Source: Haliotis rufescens
Lineage: Eukaryota
DNA: 64,000 nucleotides
Assembly (NCBI RefSeq): GCF_023055435.1
Contig: NW_025964001.1
Location: forward strand, 4,588,001 to 4,652,000
Direction of reading: 5' to 3'
The translations under genes and the position numbers were made by a program. This document shows, piece by piece, positions 1 through 12,555 of the stretch. The first letter of the stretch is position 1, and each line of letters starts with the position of its first letter. The notes under the pieces are model-generated. The model saw only the letters and a program-made list of their open reading frames with translations. It had not been told where the DNA came from and did not search any database.

Positions 1-1069
1 TTCCATGCCTACAGGCTGCATTTGACCCAAATACACATCCAGGAGCAACATTGTTCTGCAGGCATCAACGTCACTTGGTATTCTCTGTTGATGAAAATGG
101 ACAAAGTCGGCTAACACACTGTCATCAAATGTTTCCAAATGAAAGGGCTAGCTCCGACAGCCATCCTTGCCCACATGGTGTCAACTTTAAGGGATGATAC
201 TTCCCCCCCTCCCTTGCTACTGTGGCTAGGCAGAGTTCAAGAGAGGAAGAGAGATCCTCGATGCTGATCCAAGATGAGGAAGACCCTCTGGTGCCGCCAC
301 TATTGGATATGTTGATAATATACACATGAATATGGACAATCACAACTTACCACACTCCATATAGACAAGACAGTCAACATCTCTCAGGAGAGAGTTGACA
401 ACTTTCAGAATAAAAGCGACAAAACTATTTCCATAGCCACAAGACAGGAAAAGGTTTCAGCATGCTGTGTTCCAAAGCTTCTGACCCAGGCCCCAGGTTT
501 ATCATTTCGTGAGAATTTACGTGTAACCATGTATTGCGTTCACTGCTACCAGCCAAAGACAACAGTGTAAACAACAGTTAACACACTGGAAACATCTAAC
601 GTCTCCGAAGGAGAAGGGAAAGTCTGTTCCATCAGCTGCCGCTTTGGTTTTCTGGGATTTCAAAGAAATCCTACTGGTGGACTACCTCCCAGGTCAGACC
701 AGTCATATTATGTAAACCTGCGTGTGAATATCAAGACTAAACGCGAAAAACTCACCAAGGTCGCAATCCAGCATCATTATGTTTCTAGGTTTGTCCGCAC
801 CATACCCGTGCTCGTGGGTTTCACCGAAGCGGTAAACGTCTGAGACCTGCATCACTTCGGGCTTTCCTCACACATTCAGCTGACACGCCGTGATATAACT
901 GGAATAGTGTTAAAAGCGGCGTTAAACCAAACTCACTCACTCTCTCAATCCAGCATCGCTGGCAGATGTGTGTGGACGTCGGAGGGATTATGTTGAAAAG
1001 CAATTGCCGACCAACTCCATCAACGAGTTTATCACAGTTTGGCTCAGAACATTTCAGCCGCCCCTTGTA
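1..1069 (+). pseudogene. Decayed mariner (Tc1/mariner) transposon: transposase pseudogene with internal deletion and 3' TIR
   Basis: Manual translation from 91 gives MKMDKVG*HTVIKCFQMKGLAPTAILAHMVSTLRDD, then after frameshifts AEFKRGREILDADPR*GRP, KVSACCVPKLLT (WVPxxL motif), WKH..SP, VFWDFKEILLVDYLPGQT, and after the SINE IQHRWQMCVD..GDYVEK. These match mariner transposase motifs. The HDNA/YSPDL catalytic segment is missing. TIR-like ggctcagaacatttcagccgccccttg at 1041-1067 is followed by TA. The 5' TIR is not in the window. Confidence 0.9.
776..945 (+). mobile_element. Family V SINE, 5'-truncated, inserted in the mariner relic
   Basis: Matches the 3' half of the 12022 copy and ends in (ctca)n. 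12-bp TSD caatccagcatc at 764-775 and 946-957. Confidence 0.9.
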
Positions 1070-1502
1070 TTTACATACCACTGAGGGTGAAATGTGGTTC
1101 AAGCGCGGATGCAGCTTTTTGAGAAAGATGTGGTGCACTAAAATTCACAAATTTTGGCACATCATTCCACAAACAATTTGTATTTCTTTGCCATCATGTA
1201 GTCAGTAAATTGTTATTTTTGTTGAAAGCCAACTGATATCTTGCGGACATGCAAGTCTAACATCAAAGGTAATGATGGTGTGTGATGACAAAATCGTCCA
1301 CACATCTTTAGACAATGACTATGTGAATTGTCTCATTAACGACTCCCTGTTTCACATTCTATCTCCGTGCCATTGGTACTGGTCTCTCAAAGTATTGGTG
1401 AACTTTCTTTTGGGCGTCATTCTATATGTGTGTAAGAAGCAATTTTGTGGATCGGGTGGTCGGACTCGGCGAGTGACTTGGTGTATTGCATATCATCGTT
1501 TT

Positions 1503-1747
1503 ATTTGTTTGTTTACGCCGCACTCAGCAGTATTCCAGCTATATAACGGCGGTCTGTAAATAATTGAGTCTGGACAAGACAATCCAGTAACTGACATCAT
1601 GAGCATCGATCCATGGGATACGATCACATGTATCAACCAAGTCAGCGAGCCTGACCACCCGATCCCGTTAGTCGCCTCTTACGACAAGCACTGTCGTCTT
1701 TTACGGCATGCATGGGTTGGTGAAAACCTATTCCAAACCGGATCTTC
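1503..1747 (-). mobile_element. Family H SINE-like element (no tRNA head)
   Basis: Reverse complement of the H consensus (gaagatcc...ttgtcgtaagaggcgactaacgggatcgggtggtcaggctcgctgacttggttga...gctggaatattgctgagtgcggcgt). Confidence 0.85.
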
Positions 1748-3090
1748 GTATGTCATCGTACCCCGACGGGGTAGATCGTAACTCCGGGTATCAGTCATTG
1801 GTATTTCTGTTTCTATTTACAGGCCGCAGTCGAATTGCAGCGCGTTAAACAAACCCACACATCCAGTTCCTATACATAGCAAAGTAAAGACATTCTAATT
1901 GTAAAGGTCGTTTTGGAATAGTAGACTGGCTTAAACAATTAACTCACTCACTATATGTATGCGAAAGCAGATATAAGATACTCCTTCATCAGTCTCGATT
2001 TCCCAGTGCATTATATCCATTATGTTGTTATGTAGTATTATACACTGGATAATCGAGGAGGCTCCAGCATACATATTGTGGTACGTTTTCAACTGAGACT
2101 ACTTTGTGTTGCCGTGTAACAGTAGTTCTGAAAATGGCAAAATAACACGATATCAACCAATAAAATACACCTAAACACATGACGTATAGGTCTTGTTGCA
2201 TTTTAGTTGAGTTTTTGTGTTTAGTTTTTTTAAAAAATCTGTTTTGTTTTAGACCGATGTATGATCTTGTGTTATATTTCTGACTCGATCCGTTAAAATT
2301 GAAGTTTGAAGGATCTTCTCCAACTAGATGTCTGCCTAAGACAAACGGCTCCGTCAGAAAATTTCCGTTTCTTTCATCCCCTCTTTAAACTGTTGCCAAA
2401 AACGTTCTGAGAGGAGGAAGCGCAATAAATCATTGGATAGTCTGAGAAAAAGAACGAGTTCATGCCAAAACGTCGACACGTGGGCACCTGGTGTCGGATT
2501 TAGAAGCCAAGGGCAGACAACTCGCAGGTGTTGATATGCAGTTTTAATCAATGATGGAATTGGTTACCCAGGGCAAGTACGGTTTCGTTGTCGGGGCCCA
2601 AGATCCCAATTTGTCATGTGCCAAATTAGCCACATTTGGGATCACAGCGTGGCGGGAAGAACAGGTAGTTTGGTGCATTTGAATCCGTCATTCGATGTAG
2701 GGAAAGGTTACTTCTTAGGGTGAGGAATGATCATGATGGCGGACTAATTTCAATAGCCAACACATTTCTGACATTGATTAAGGCGTTCAAATTAGTTTGT
2801 CTATGGGTGCGCCGATGTGACATTACACAAATGTGGATAAGGTTAAAATATTCAGAGGATTTGTTTCCGTCTTCAATTATAGGCGGAAAGGAAAACATAA
2901 AAAAACATTTAATGTTTCTTTTCTTTTTTTTCTTTTTTTTATCCCACCACCCTGCGAACAATATTGTAAAATCTGGCTATTTCAGCCACCGATATTATGT
3001 TTTTGTTGATTGTCTGTATAACAAGTAATGATAAGAGAATGAGCATTTCAATATCGTTTTTTATCAGAATAATGTATACACTTAAAAACT

Positions 3091-3298
3091 GTTTGTTGCT
3101 TAACGCCGCACTCAGAAATATTCCAGCTATAATACGGTGGTATGTAAATAATAAAGTCTGGACCAGACAAACCAGTGATTGATGTCACGATTGCATGCAT
3201 CAACCAAGTCAGTGAGCCGGACCACCCGATCCCGTTAGTCGCCTCTTACCACAAGCATGGGTTGCTGATGACCTATTCTAACCCGAATCTTCACGGGT
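3091..3298 (-). mobile_element. Family H SINE-like element
   Basis: Full 5' end (acccgtgaag on the minus strand), single hairpin module, small internal deletion. Confidence 0.85.
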
Positions 3299-3304
3299 CA
3301 TTTG

Positions 3305-3502
3305 AAAATTGGATTTGACCCAAAGGTTACACAAACGTTACAGTGGCCTTTTGTGAGATACTCATTGATGTGGTGCATGTAATATCGCCTATAATTCCCG
3401 TATCAAGTACGTCACCATCGAATAACATATTCTTGTTTGTTTAACTTTGGAAACCGCATCAAACAAACATGGGTGTAGGATATATTTTGCACGGCAGTTT
3501 AT
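3305..3502. mobile_element. Partial Tc1-like MITE
   Basis: Shares aaattggatttgacc...gtatcaa.tac.tcaccatcgaa...ttttgcacggcagttta with the copies at 9371, 11826 and 31226. Only the right TIR is present. Confidence 0.55.
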
Positions 3503-3593
3503 GTAGTGATGTAATACTAAGTTGACGTCATGTCAGGACTGTGGGACGGGAAGACAGTGATGTGATAGTGCTACCCATGTGCATGGCTGAATA

Positions 3594-3848
3594 AGTGAGT
3601 TGGGTTCAACGCCGCTTAGAACATTATTCCATTTATATAACGGCGTGACATCTTAATGTGGGAGGAAAGACCGAACTGATGCAGGTGTCAGACATTTACC
3701 ACTTTGGTGAAACCCACGAGCACCCGCATGGTGCTGAAAAACCGAGAAAAATAATCGGGGCGATCCGAGATTCGAACATACGATCATAGGTTTCTGGCGT
3801 GTAGAAGGGACGTAACTCTGCACAGCGATGTGCGCCGCCTTAGACGAC
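3594..3848 (-). mobile_element. Family V SINE (diverged)
   Basis: gagtgagt-type tail, aatgtgggaggaaa, gaaacccacgagcac and aactctgcacagcga are shared with 12556-12840. Confidence 0.8.
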
Positions 3849-3870
3849 AGTTGCAGATTCCATACACAAA

Positions 3871-4124
3871 GTTTGGTTGGTTTGTTGTTTAACTCAGCAA
3901 TATTCCAGCTATATGACGGCGGTCTGTAAATAATCTACTCTGGACCAGACAATACAGTGATTGACATCATGAGCATCGATCCACGCAATTGGGATCGATG
4001 ACATGCATCAACCAAGTCAGCGAGCCTGACCACCCGACCCCGTTAGTCGCCTCTTACGACAAGCTCTTTCTTTTACGGCAAGCATGGGCTGCCCAAGACC
4101 AATTCTACCCTGGATCTTCACGAG
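3871..4124 (-). mobile_element. Family H SINE-like element, full length
   Basis: Matches the H consensus. TSD ttcca(t/c)acacaaa on both sides. Confidence 0.9.
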
Positions 4125-5041
4125 TTCCACACACAAAGAGACAGCTACCGTGTTTAGTGCTGGACGGCTTTAGTCGTTGTTTTCTTCTGACAACGAACAA
4201 ACACTTTGAGCCAGCGCTCACAAAAAGATTCATTCGTAAAATCTTCAACGAGTCTTAAAGGACAATAACTCTTCCGACGATGCACTTCCAAAAGTTTGGA
4301 AGGGTTATTTCCCTTAGAGTATCTTTTCCCCACCCTTCTGCAATGCCAAAATGTTTTCCTAAATTTCTAATAAAACCCACTAGAATATTCAGTCGATTGA
4401 TTTAAAAAAGACACGATACGAACTGGCTTGTCTAAAAGCTATCTCTGAAATAACTATGAGTAAGGCTGAATTTTTTTAAAAGTTCCAAAGATATTTACTA
4501 TCAGCAAATTCAGCTTGGAAACGCACGCATTATTATTGAAATACCATAATTTATCACAATATTTCTGATTTATGTAAATTTTCTTGCGGGCGATGGATTA
4601 CTCTCTTACGAGCAATCGATCATGTTCTTATTTTCTTCAGAATAACTCGTTGACTGGCATTATATCTTTATCAGATACCCAGCCCTCGGAGATGAGCGCT
4701 TCCCCGAACCAGACGTGAACTGTTCAATATAACAATTCCTGGTGGAGCTTTAAATTCCTGCTCATAAATTGAACTCTTTTTGTATCTGTTGGTTTTGTGT
4801 TATTAAGACCCCGGCGTTCATGGAGGAAGTTGGTTGGTTGGTTGGTTGTTTAACGCCGCATTCAGCAATATTCCAGCTATATGACGGCGGTCTGTAAACA
4901 TCAATCCACTGGTTTGGTAAAGTTGATTTTTACAATCATGGAGAAAGTAAAGATTAACATTACCAAATCAGTGCCACTGGGTTGATGTGCAGTCACAAAA
5001 CAGGTTATGACAGTGTCACGTCACTGTTGCACAATTTATAC

Positions 5042-6041
5042 TCACACAGCTTGTGACGGTGATGTGTGTTATAGTGAGGTGCAGTCACATAACTTGTGAC
5101 GGTGTTGTGTGTTATATCGAGGTGCAATCACATTACTTGTCACGGTGATGTGTGATATAGTGGGGTGCAGTCACACAACTTGTGACGGTGTTGTGTGACA
5201 CAGTGAGATGCAGTCACACAGCTTGTCACCGTGATGTGTGATATAGTGTGGTGCAGTCACACAACTTGTAACAGTGATGTGTGTTATAGTGAGATGCAGT
5301 CACACGACTAGTAACAGTGATGTGCGTTATAGTGAGGTGCAATCACACAACATGTAACAGTGATGTGTGTTATAGTGAGGTGCAATCACACAACTTATGA
5401 CGGTGATGTGTGATATAGTGAGGTGCAGTCACACAGCTTGTGACGGTGATGTGTGTTATAGTGAGGTGCAGTCACATAACTTGTGACGGTGTTGTGTGTT
5501 ATATCGAGGTGCAATCACATTACTTGTCACGGTGATGTGTGATATAGTGGGGTGCAGTCACACAACTTGTGACGGTGTTGTGTGACACAGTGAGATGCAG
5601 TCACACAGCTTGTCACCGTGATGTGTGATATAGTGTGGTGCAGTCACACAGCTTGTGACGGTGTTGTGTGTTATATCGAGGTGCAATCACAAAACTTGTC
5701 ACGGTGATGTGTGACATAGTGAGGTGCAGTCACACAGCTTGTCATGGTGATGTGTGATATAGTGAGATGCAGTCACACAACTTGTGACGGTGTTGTGTGA
5801 CACAGTGAGATGCAGTCACACAGCTTGTCACCGTGATGTGTGATATAGTGGGGTGCAGTCACACAAGATGTCATGGTGATGTGTGATATAGTAGGGAGCA
5901 GTCACACAGCTTGTGACGGTGTTGTGTGTTATATCGAGGTGCAATCACAAAACTTGTCACGGTGATGTGTGACATAGTGAGGTGCAGTCACACAGCTTGT
6001 CATGGTGATGAGTGTTATAGTGAGGTGCAGTCACACAATTT
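5042..6041. repeat. 43-bp minisatellite, about 23 copies
   Basis: Unit ttgtgacggtgatgtgtgttatagtgaggtgcagtcacacaac. The block of variant units at ~5043-5260 recurs 387 bp (9 units) later. Confidence 0.95.
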
Positions 6042-7305
6042 GTTAGATTCAGGTTCGTTTTATTTCTCCATAAACCACCAAATATGACACAAGAGCAGAA
6101 CAAAGTGCAAATAAATAATAAATGTACATCAAGATGGCTGTTAGATTTGTGTTTTGGTGTGTGTTATATCACTGTCACCTCTCTACACACAGCCTAGACT
6201 CGTCACGTTGTAAGCCTTAGACTTAAACTGATTAAAATATAACTGCCAAACGTATAATCGTGTGTTTCCAACAAAGGTAAATATATTTTGTATTAGCATA
6301 TGTAAGTTCTGTATCTCTGAAGATCAGACCCGGGCCAAAAACATACGCGGCAAATGATTTTCAATGGATATTGTCTCTTTGATTGGGGGCAATGTTGGCT
6401 TTGATTGGGTGCAGTGTTTGTGAAGGCTGCTGACGGCCTCTTTATAAACATACACTCTACCCCAGGCCTTTTTTCAAACCACAGCTTTCGTTACTCAATA
6501 CCCACAAAACAGCAGCAACTTGAAATTCAGACCTCCATTTATTCAAACCAATTAATTTTGCGAGAAAACGCGTATATCAAGTTTTCATTTTTCCAACCTA
6601 ACTTTTCTCTTTTAAGAAACAGTATATGTGTTATACATCATTCGACGGGGTATTTAATGAGTCACACATTTCTAGTATTTATTTTGGCTAGACACAAGAT
6701 CATGGCGTGATTTGGAGATCAGGTAATGGACAAGGCACACTGTCACACCTCGGTAGCCCGCTCTCCTCACACACACGTCTCAGCCTGCTATTGTATGGCA
6801 CTAATCGCCTCTCATAAACGGATGACTTTCGTCTATAAATTGCGGCGTTTGTCAACTTGCCCTATTATCAAAGCATAAAGGGTTTAATATGCTTACGGGG
6901 TAGCGTGACGTCATGAGATGCAGTGTGGATAAATTGTTGTCGTTTTCGCTTCACATCTGTAAATACGACCTTATCTTTCATTTTCTGCTGTTGGCTTGAT
7001 TTTATTTCAATCGAAGATTTGTATATAGTGTCTTGACATTGTCCAAGTGTGGATGAGATCGTGCGTTGTTTGTTTGTTTGTTGTTTAACGCCGTACTTAG
7101 CACTGGAGTGGCCTTGTGGGTAAAGTGTTCGTTTGTGACAATGAAGACCTGGGTTTTGATCCTCACATCGTTAGTACTTCCCCGCCGCGATTAAGATGCA
7201 TGGCTAAATGAGATGTAAATATTTATGATAAACCATTAGTCCCTAAGGTAGAAGCAAACCAGTGTCAGAGACTTAAGGAATCTGTGTTTTCAACAAACAC
7301 AATAC

Positions 7306-7470
7306 ACCCATGGAGATCCGGGTTAGAATGGGTCCCCAGCAACCTATGCTGGTCAAAAGAGGCGAAGAGTGGTCAGGTCGATGACGACGACTAACATTCA
7401 CACTATCGATCACAGGATTCGCTTATTTAAAGATCTCGCATGTAGCTGGAATATTGCCGAGCTAAAATAG
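7306..7470 (+). mobile_element. Family H element, old and internally deleted
   Basis: acccatggagatccgggttagaatgggtccccagcaacctatgc...aagaggcga...tagctggaatattgccgag. Confidence 0.65.
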
Positions 7471-7873
7471 ACACACAAAACCCTATGAGTGAGTGAGTGA
7501 CTGAGTGAGTGACTGAGTGAATGTTGTTGTTTAAAGCCACAGTTGCGATATTCCATCTGAGGCCGCAAGTTAATAATAGAGTAGATCACACCGATACTAC
7601 AAATCACTCACAGATTGTGACCACTCATCGAAACACCAGTTAAGGGACACAGTCTGTACATTTATCGAAATATTCCAAAGTGGTCCTGCACCGCTGAAAC
7701 ATTACTAGTACGGCGTAAAGCAATTCTCACTCATTTTGTTGGTAATGGTTCTAGAAGGGCGTTATTAAATAAAAACAAACTTTTTGACAACACATCAGAA
7801 ATAACTTTAATAAATCAGGGATTCCTGTAAATCTTTGTGTGAGATATACATTCTATGTTACCCCACACACGCG

Positions 7874-8237
7874 AGTCCGCCTCCGTGGTCTAGTGGTAGA
7901 GCGTCCGCCCGGAGAGCGGAAGGTCCAGGGTTCGATCCCGGGCCGCGTCATACAAAAAGACGTTAAAAGATTGTACTTGTTGTTACCCTGTCTGGCGCTC
8001 GGCATTAAGGGGCTAAAACAAGGACTGGTCGGCCGGAGTCAGTATACTGTGTCTGAGTGGGGTATTCATGTTAAACTGCGGCATGGTATCTCAGTGAGCT
8101 AGCACTATAAATCGGCATCAGTCCGGACTAGTACAAGCAGCCACACACACACATACACGTGCATGCACGTCGCTATATAAGTGCAATAATCTTGGACGCG
8201 ACGTTAAACCTAATTTCACCTCACCTCACCTCACCTC
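7874..8237 (+). mobile_element. Family M tRNA-derived SINE (Meta/MESC-like central domain), full length
   Basis: A box tggtctagtgg and B box ggttcgatcc. The core gtcatacaaaaagacgttaaaagattgtacttgttgttaccctgtctggcgctcggcattaaggg resembles the Meta domain (from memory). (cacct)n tail. 14-bp TSD accccacacacgcg. Confidence 0.9.
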
Positions 8238-9370
8238 ACCCCACACACGCGGACGCTGTTCTCTGTGGGCCAGCAATACGACTGGAGGTAATCATAAGGA
8301 CACTGTAACCTTAGGATATAGATCATTTTACAGTCGAATCTGGCACTAGAATTTGACTGGGCTGTGTATTACCCACAACTGGGCACTTTTAATTCCTTGT
8401 TAATTACAACAGGTTGTATCAATTACGGTTTTATTCTCCTGTGTCGTATTATATTTAAAGTGGATTAGTGAACACCTCGCCACCCAGCTGCCGTCGACGA
8501 CATGGACACGCGCTTCACGAGATGGGCGATAGAGAACGCCGTGCACACGGGGCGGGGTATAGGCGGGTAGTGTCATTGTTTCAAAATACACAAGTTGGAA
8601 TGCATTCAAGGCAGCCAGTTAATCATAAATTCCAATTAACCAGTCACCCAGACATGTCGTAAACTGCTCTGTTGATATATCCCCTCTTCAACACAGACAC
8701 GCGCGTGGTTTTTTTCCCAAAGTTGATTAGGCAACCATAACCAATTTAGATTTTATTTTGTATGTGAGATTCTAAAACATTCAAAATACGCATTACTTTA
8801 CATATTTAGGAGACAAGAAGATACTAATTTGACGTTGATTTTTAAGCGAAACCTATAAAATAAAATTAATGTCGCAAAAAAATATTTTTTGAAAATAGTT
8901 AATACAAAATGTGTAGGAAAGTTATTAAACGATATTGTTTTAGTTTATGAATAAGAAACACGTTTTGTTGTCTAAATATTGGTAAACATGCAATCAACCC
9001 TTGTTACATTCACGTTTCGTCACGTGGCAGGATCTGCTGATTATTGGGCGTCTTGATTTGTCAGCACCAGGTGCTCGTTAGTGTCTAACGTCTACGCCCT
9101 AATTCACTGGGCGTTTCTCCTACACTATGCTGGCACATTGTGATGTAACTGCAATACTGTCCACAGTAGCACTACCTCACTCACCGACTTCCTCCAACTG
9201 GCGTATCAATGTTATTGGGTATAAATAGTACGTGGTACATATACATATACTCCATCACAATATTAGTCTCAAACTATGTTGTTTTTGTTGAAAAAATGTT
9301 ATAAAAAACAATTCTGTGCATTAATACCACCGCTTATAATTAACAGTATAAGGTATATGTGTCTGTGAAC

Positions 9371-9581
9371 TAAACTGCCCGGTGCACGAAATCTATACTT
9401 GAACTAGATTTGACCAAAAAATACGAAATGTTTTCAAAACAGTCTAAAAACAGTCGTACAAATGCTGCAAACTTAAGGTCCAAAACACAGCTATGATGCC
9501 GGTATCAAATACATCACCAAACATGTTTCGTTTAAGCTACCATCAAACATGGGTGTTAACTTTCTTTTGTCCGGTAGTTTA
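9371..9581. mobile_element. Tc1/mariner-like MITE
   Basis: Imperfect TIRs taaactgcccgg / ccggtagttta with TA at the termini. Internal homology to 11826-12360. Confidence 0.65.
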
Positions 9582-10676
9582 TCAGAATATATATAAAATA
9601 TGAACAGATCCTAATTATTATAGAATGTGATTCCAGATAAGCCCACCATTACCTTTGCACCATATTGAACACGATGTTACCACCATTTTCTTTTCTTTTG
9701 TCTTTTCAAGATGACCTTAATCTTCGTACCATTTCCTCTATTTTCAATAAACGTGTTATATTACCAATTTCTTCTATCGCTTGTTGCCTTCGCACACGTT
9801 TTTCCGGCATTCTTAGAGCTACAGTTCCAAGTTTCGTGCCGAAATGTACAATAGGCCAATTGTATTGCCCACACATCAAACAAAATCAGGTCTCGCGATA
9901 CCTCTCTGCACATCTCGCGATACTAACGTGCTCATTCATGTGACCATCATCTTGTTAACCTCCCCGGCGCCCCAGCAGACCTGCTGACGGAAGTTACATG
10001 TCTACGCAGTATCTTATGATTATTGAATTGATATGTTCCTCCCCAGAATGCCCTTCTATCATCTAAAGTAAGGGTGGCACATAATTATGGAAACTATTTC
10101 CATTACAAAAAAACTCGGTTCCAGGAAAAAGGCATTTCAACACTTTTCAATGTACGTATTATTTATACACTATCAGGGCTAGGGTATCTCCCCGATAAAA
10201 GTTTACATGGATTGTTGGTGTTGTATTGCATGGCTATCAGACTTCAATTTATCATGGCAGATTTGAAGAAGCAAGCCGACTTTGAACAAGAGTCGAGTTT
10301 GCAAAAAGTATGTGGCCTCTCTTGTCTTAAGATATTATATAACAGGAAGCGATGGGGAGGAATATTCCAGGCTTGCTGATAAGCTTGGTAGCAGTAGGTC
10401 CGTGTGCTAATTACATACATTCAACCATACCATTTTCAATAGGCGTTCCACTCTAAACAAACACACTGTTGTTTTCAACTTCTCATACACAAACAAGGAC
10501 CATGTGAGGAAAGACAAGATCAGCTAGATATATTCAAGCCCTTGATGCATTATATGACTTATTATCATACTGTGGCATCATGGGAAGGTATTTGGCTGGA
10601 ACACTCGGCGGTATTCACAAGCAATGGCTTTATCTGAAGGAAATAAAGACATGAATTTGGCTTTGGTGTTCATGCA

Positions 10677-10935
10677 TTTGTTTGTTTGTTGTTTAACGCC
10701 ACACTCAGCAATATTCCAGCTATATGACGGAGGTCTGTAAATTATCGAGTCTGGACCAGACAATCCAGAAATTGACATCATGAACATTGATCAACAATTG
10801 GGATACGATGACATGCATCAACCAAGTCCAGATTGACCACCCGATCCCGTTAGTCGCCTCTTACGACAAGCATATCTGCCTTTTTCGACAAGCATGGGTT
10901 GCCGAAGACCTGTTCTACCCTGGATCTTCACGGGT
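10677..10935 (-). mobile_element. Family H SINE-like element, full length
   Basis: Matches the H consensus and has a doubled hairpin module. TSD tggtgttca(t/g)gca. Confidence 0.9.
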
Positions 10936-11069
10936 ATGGTGTTCAGGCAGAAGAGAAATGTAAATGTATATACGTCTATGGATTATTCCCACGAAACAGG
11001 AGTAGATTAATGTTGGTGCGACCTATACGTTGAAGGCAACGGCTTCTTCCACGGTTTGTTTGCCTCCAG

Positions 11070-11163
11070 AACTCGGTTGCACAAAGCTATGGTTGTGTAC
11101 GACAGTCGTAAGAATGGGTGTTTCAATAGTCATAGCCCTTCGATCGTTTTGTGACACAGGTCC
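11070..11163. mobile_element. Degenerate copy of the 107-bp palindromic MITE
   Basis: ggttgcacaaagc...tacgacagtcgtaag...gatcgttttgtg.cacaggtcc lies between CAG sites and abuts the intact copy. Confidence 0.5.
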
Positions 11164-11166
11164 CAG

Positions 11167-11273
11167 GGCCCCGTTCCTCAAAGCGATCTTAGCGCTACGA
11201 TGCTCGTAAGCCTATGTTGAAGTATGGGAGTTACTATCGCCTTAGTGCTAAGATCGCTTTGAGGAACCGGGCC
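11167..11273. mobile_element. 107-bp MITE, PIF/Harbinger-like (CWG target site)
   Basis: ~30-bp TIRs ggccccgttcctcaaagcgatcttagcgcta / tagtgctaagatcgctttgaggaaccgggcc, with CAG on both sides. Confidence 0.85.
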
Positions 11274-11343
11274 CAGATTAGACCATAATACCTTGCTATC
11301 CAGCACCCACCCTTGTCAAACGAGTCAGAATCGCTGTCCAAAT

Positions 11344-11688
11344 ACCGCCTCCGTGTTCTCATGGTAGAGCGTCTGCCCGGAGAGCGGAAGGTCCGGGGTT
11401 CGATCCCCAGCCGCGTCATACCAAAAGATGGTACTTGTTGTTACCCTGTCTGGCGCTCGGCATTAAGGGGCTAAAACAAGGACTGGTCGGCTCGGAGTCA
11501 GTGTACTGTGTCTGAGTGGGGTATTCATGTTAAACTGCGGCATGGTATCTCAGTGAGCTAGCACTATAAATCGGCACCAATCCGGACTAGTACAAGCAGC
11601 CACACACAAACACACACACGCATGCACGTCGCTATATAAGTGCAATAATCTTGGACGCGACGTTAAACCCCTTTTCACCTCACCTCAC
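11344..11688 (+). mobile_element. Family M SINE, full length
   Basis: Near-identical to the 7874 copy. 12-bp TSD cgctgtccaaat. Confidence 0.9.
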
Positions 11689-11825
11689 CGCTGTCCAAAT
11701 GCAATCATTTTACAACCGCAAATTGTAGTCATGATTATTATACACATGATTTTTTGTGTTAAAAAATATATTCCGTCATTTATGTCAACCAGTGTATTTA
11801 ATAGTATGTCTAACCAGGATGGATA

Positions 11826-12360
11826 TAAATTGCCGAGCAAAAGAAATTATACACTTTAAAATTGGATATGTTAAAAACAAATTACAAACGTTATAAAACC
11901 GTCACTAGCTGAAAAGTGAAAACAGTCGCCGAAACACTGCAAACTTAAAGGTCCACAGCAACGATACCGTATCAAATACATCACCATCGAAAAAAACATT
12001 TCTTGTTTGTCCATTTCAGCCTGGGACACGGGTGGCCCAGTCGTCTAAGGCGCCGCGATTCGCTGTGCAGAGTTGCGTCCCTTGGGCGAGCCTATGAAAC
12101 CTATGATTATGGGTTCGAATCCCGGTTCGCCCCAATTATGTTTCTAGGTTTGTCAGCACCATACCCGTGTTCGTGGGTTTCACCGAAGTGGTAAACGTCT
12201 GAGACCTGCATCACTTCGGGCTTTCCTCCCACATTAAGCGGACACGCCGTGATATAACTGGAATATTGTTAAAAGCGGCGTTAAACCAAACTCACTCACT
12301 CACTCATTTTCAGCCACCAACAAACAAACGTGTATATACTATATTTTCCCCGGTAGTTTA
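11826..12360. mobile_element. Tc1-like MITE interrupted by a family V SINE
   Basis: TIRs taaattgccgagcaaaa / ttttccccggtagttta flanked by TA. The internal sequence resumes after the SINE. Confidence 0.7.
12022..12307 (+). mobile_element. Family V tRNA-derived SINE (V-domain-like core), full length
   Basis: A-box-like tggcccagtcgtctaaggcg and B box ggttcgaatcc. The core cccgtgttcgtgggtttc...ctttcctcccaca resembles the V domain (from memory). (ctca)n tail. TSD tttcagcc. Confidence 0.9.
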
Positions 12361-12555
12361 TAAGGTCCATTCTATGCAGACTGTTCAAGTTTGGATGGTA
12401 ATGTTGTTCAAGGGTTTTGAATCAGTTGTGATGTTGAAATGTTAATCAGTTGTGTGTGGGCACCAATAACCAACGGCCAGTTGCTTTTGAACTGGAATCA
12501 ATGGTTCATTTTGACGCTCATTACAACAAGCCTTCAGCACTTATAAATACACTGG

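Noticed and set aside
5199-5807. RSS-like cacagtg heptamers
   Set aside because: They are variants of the 43-bp unit, with no nonamer at 12 or 23 bp.
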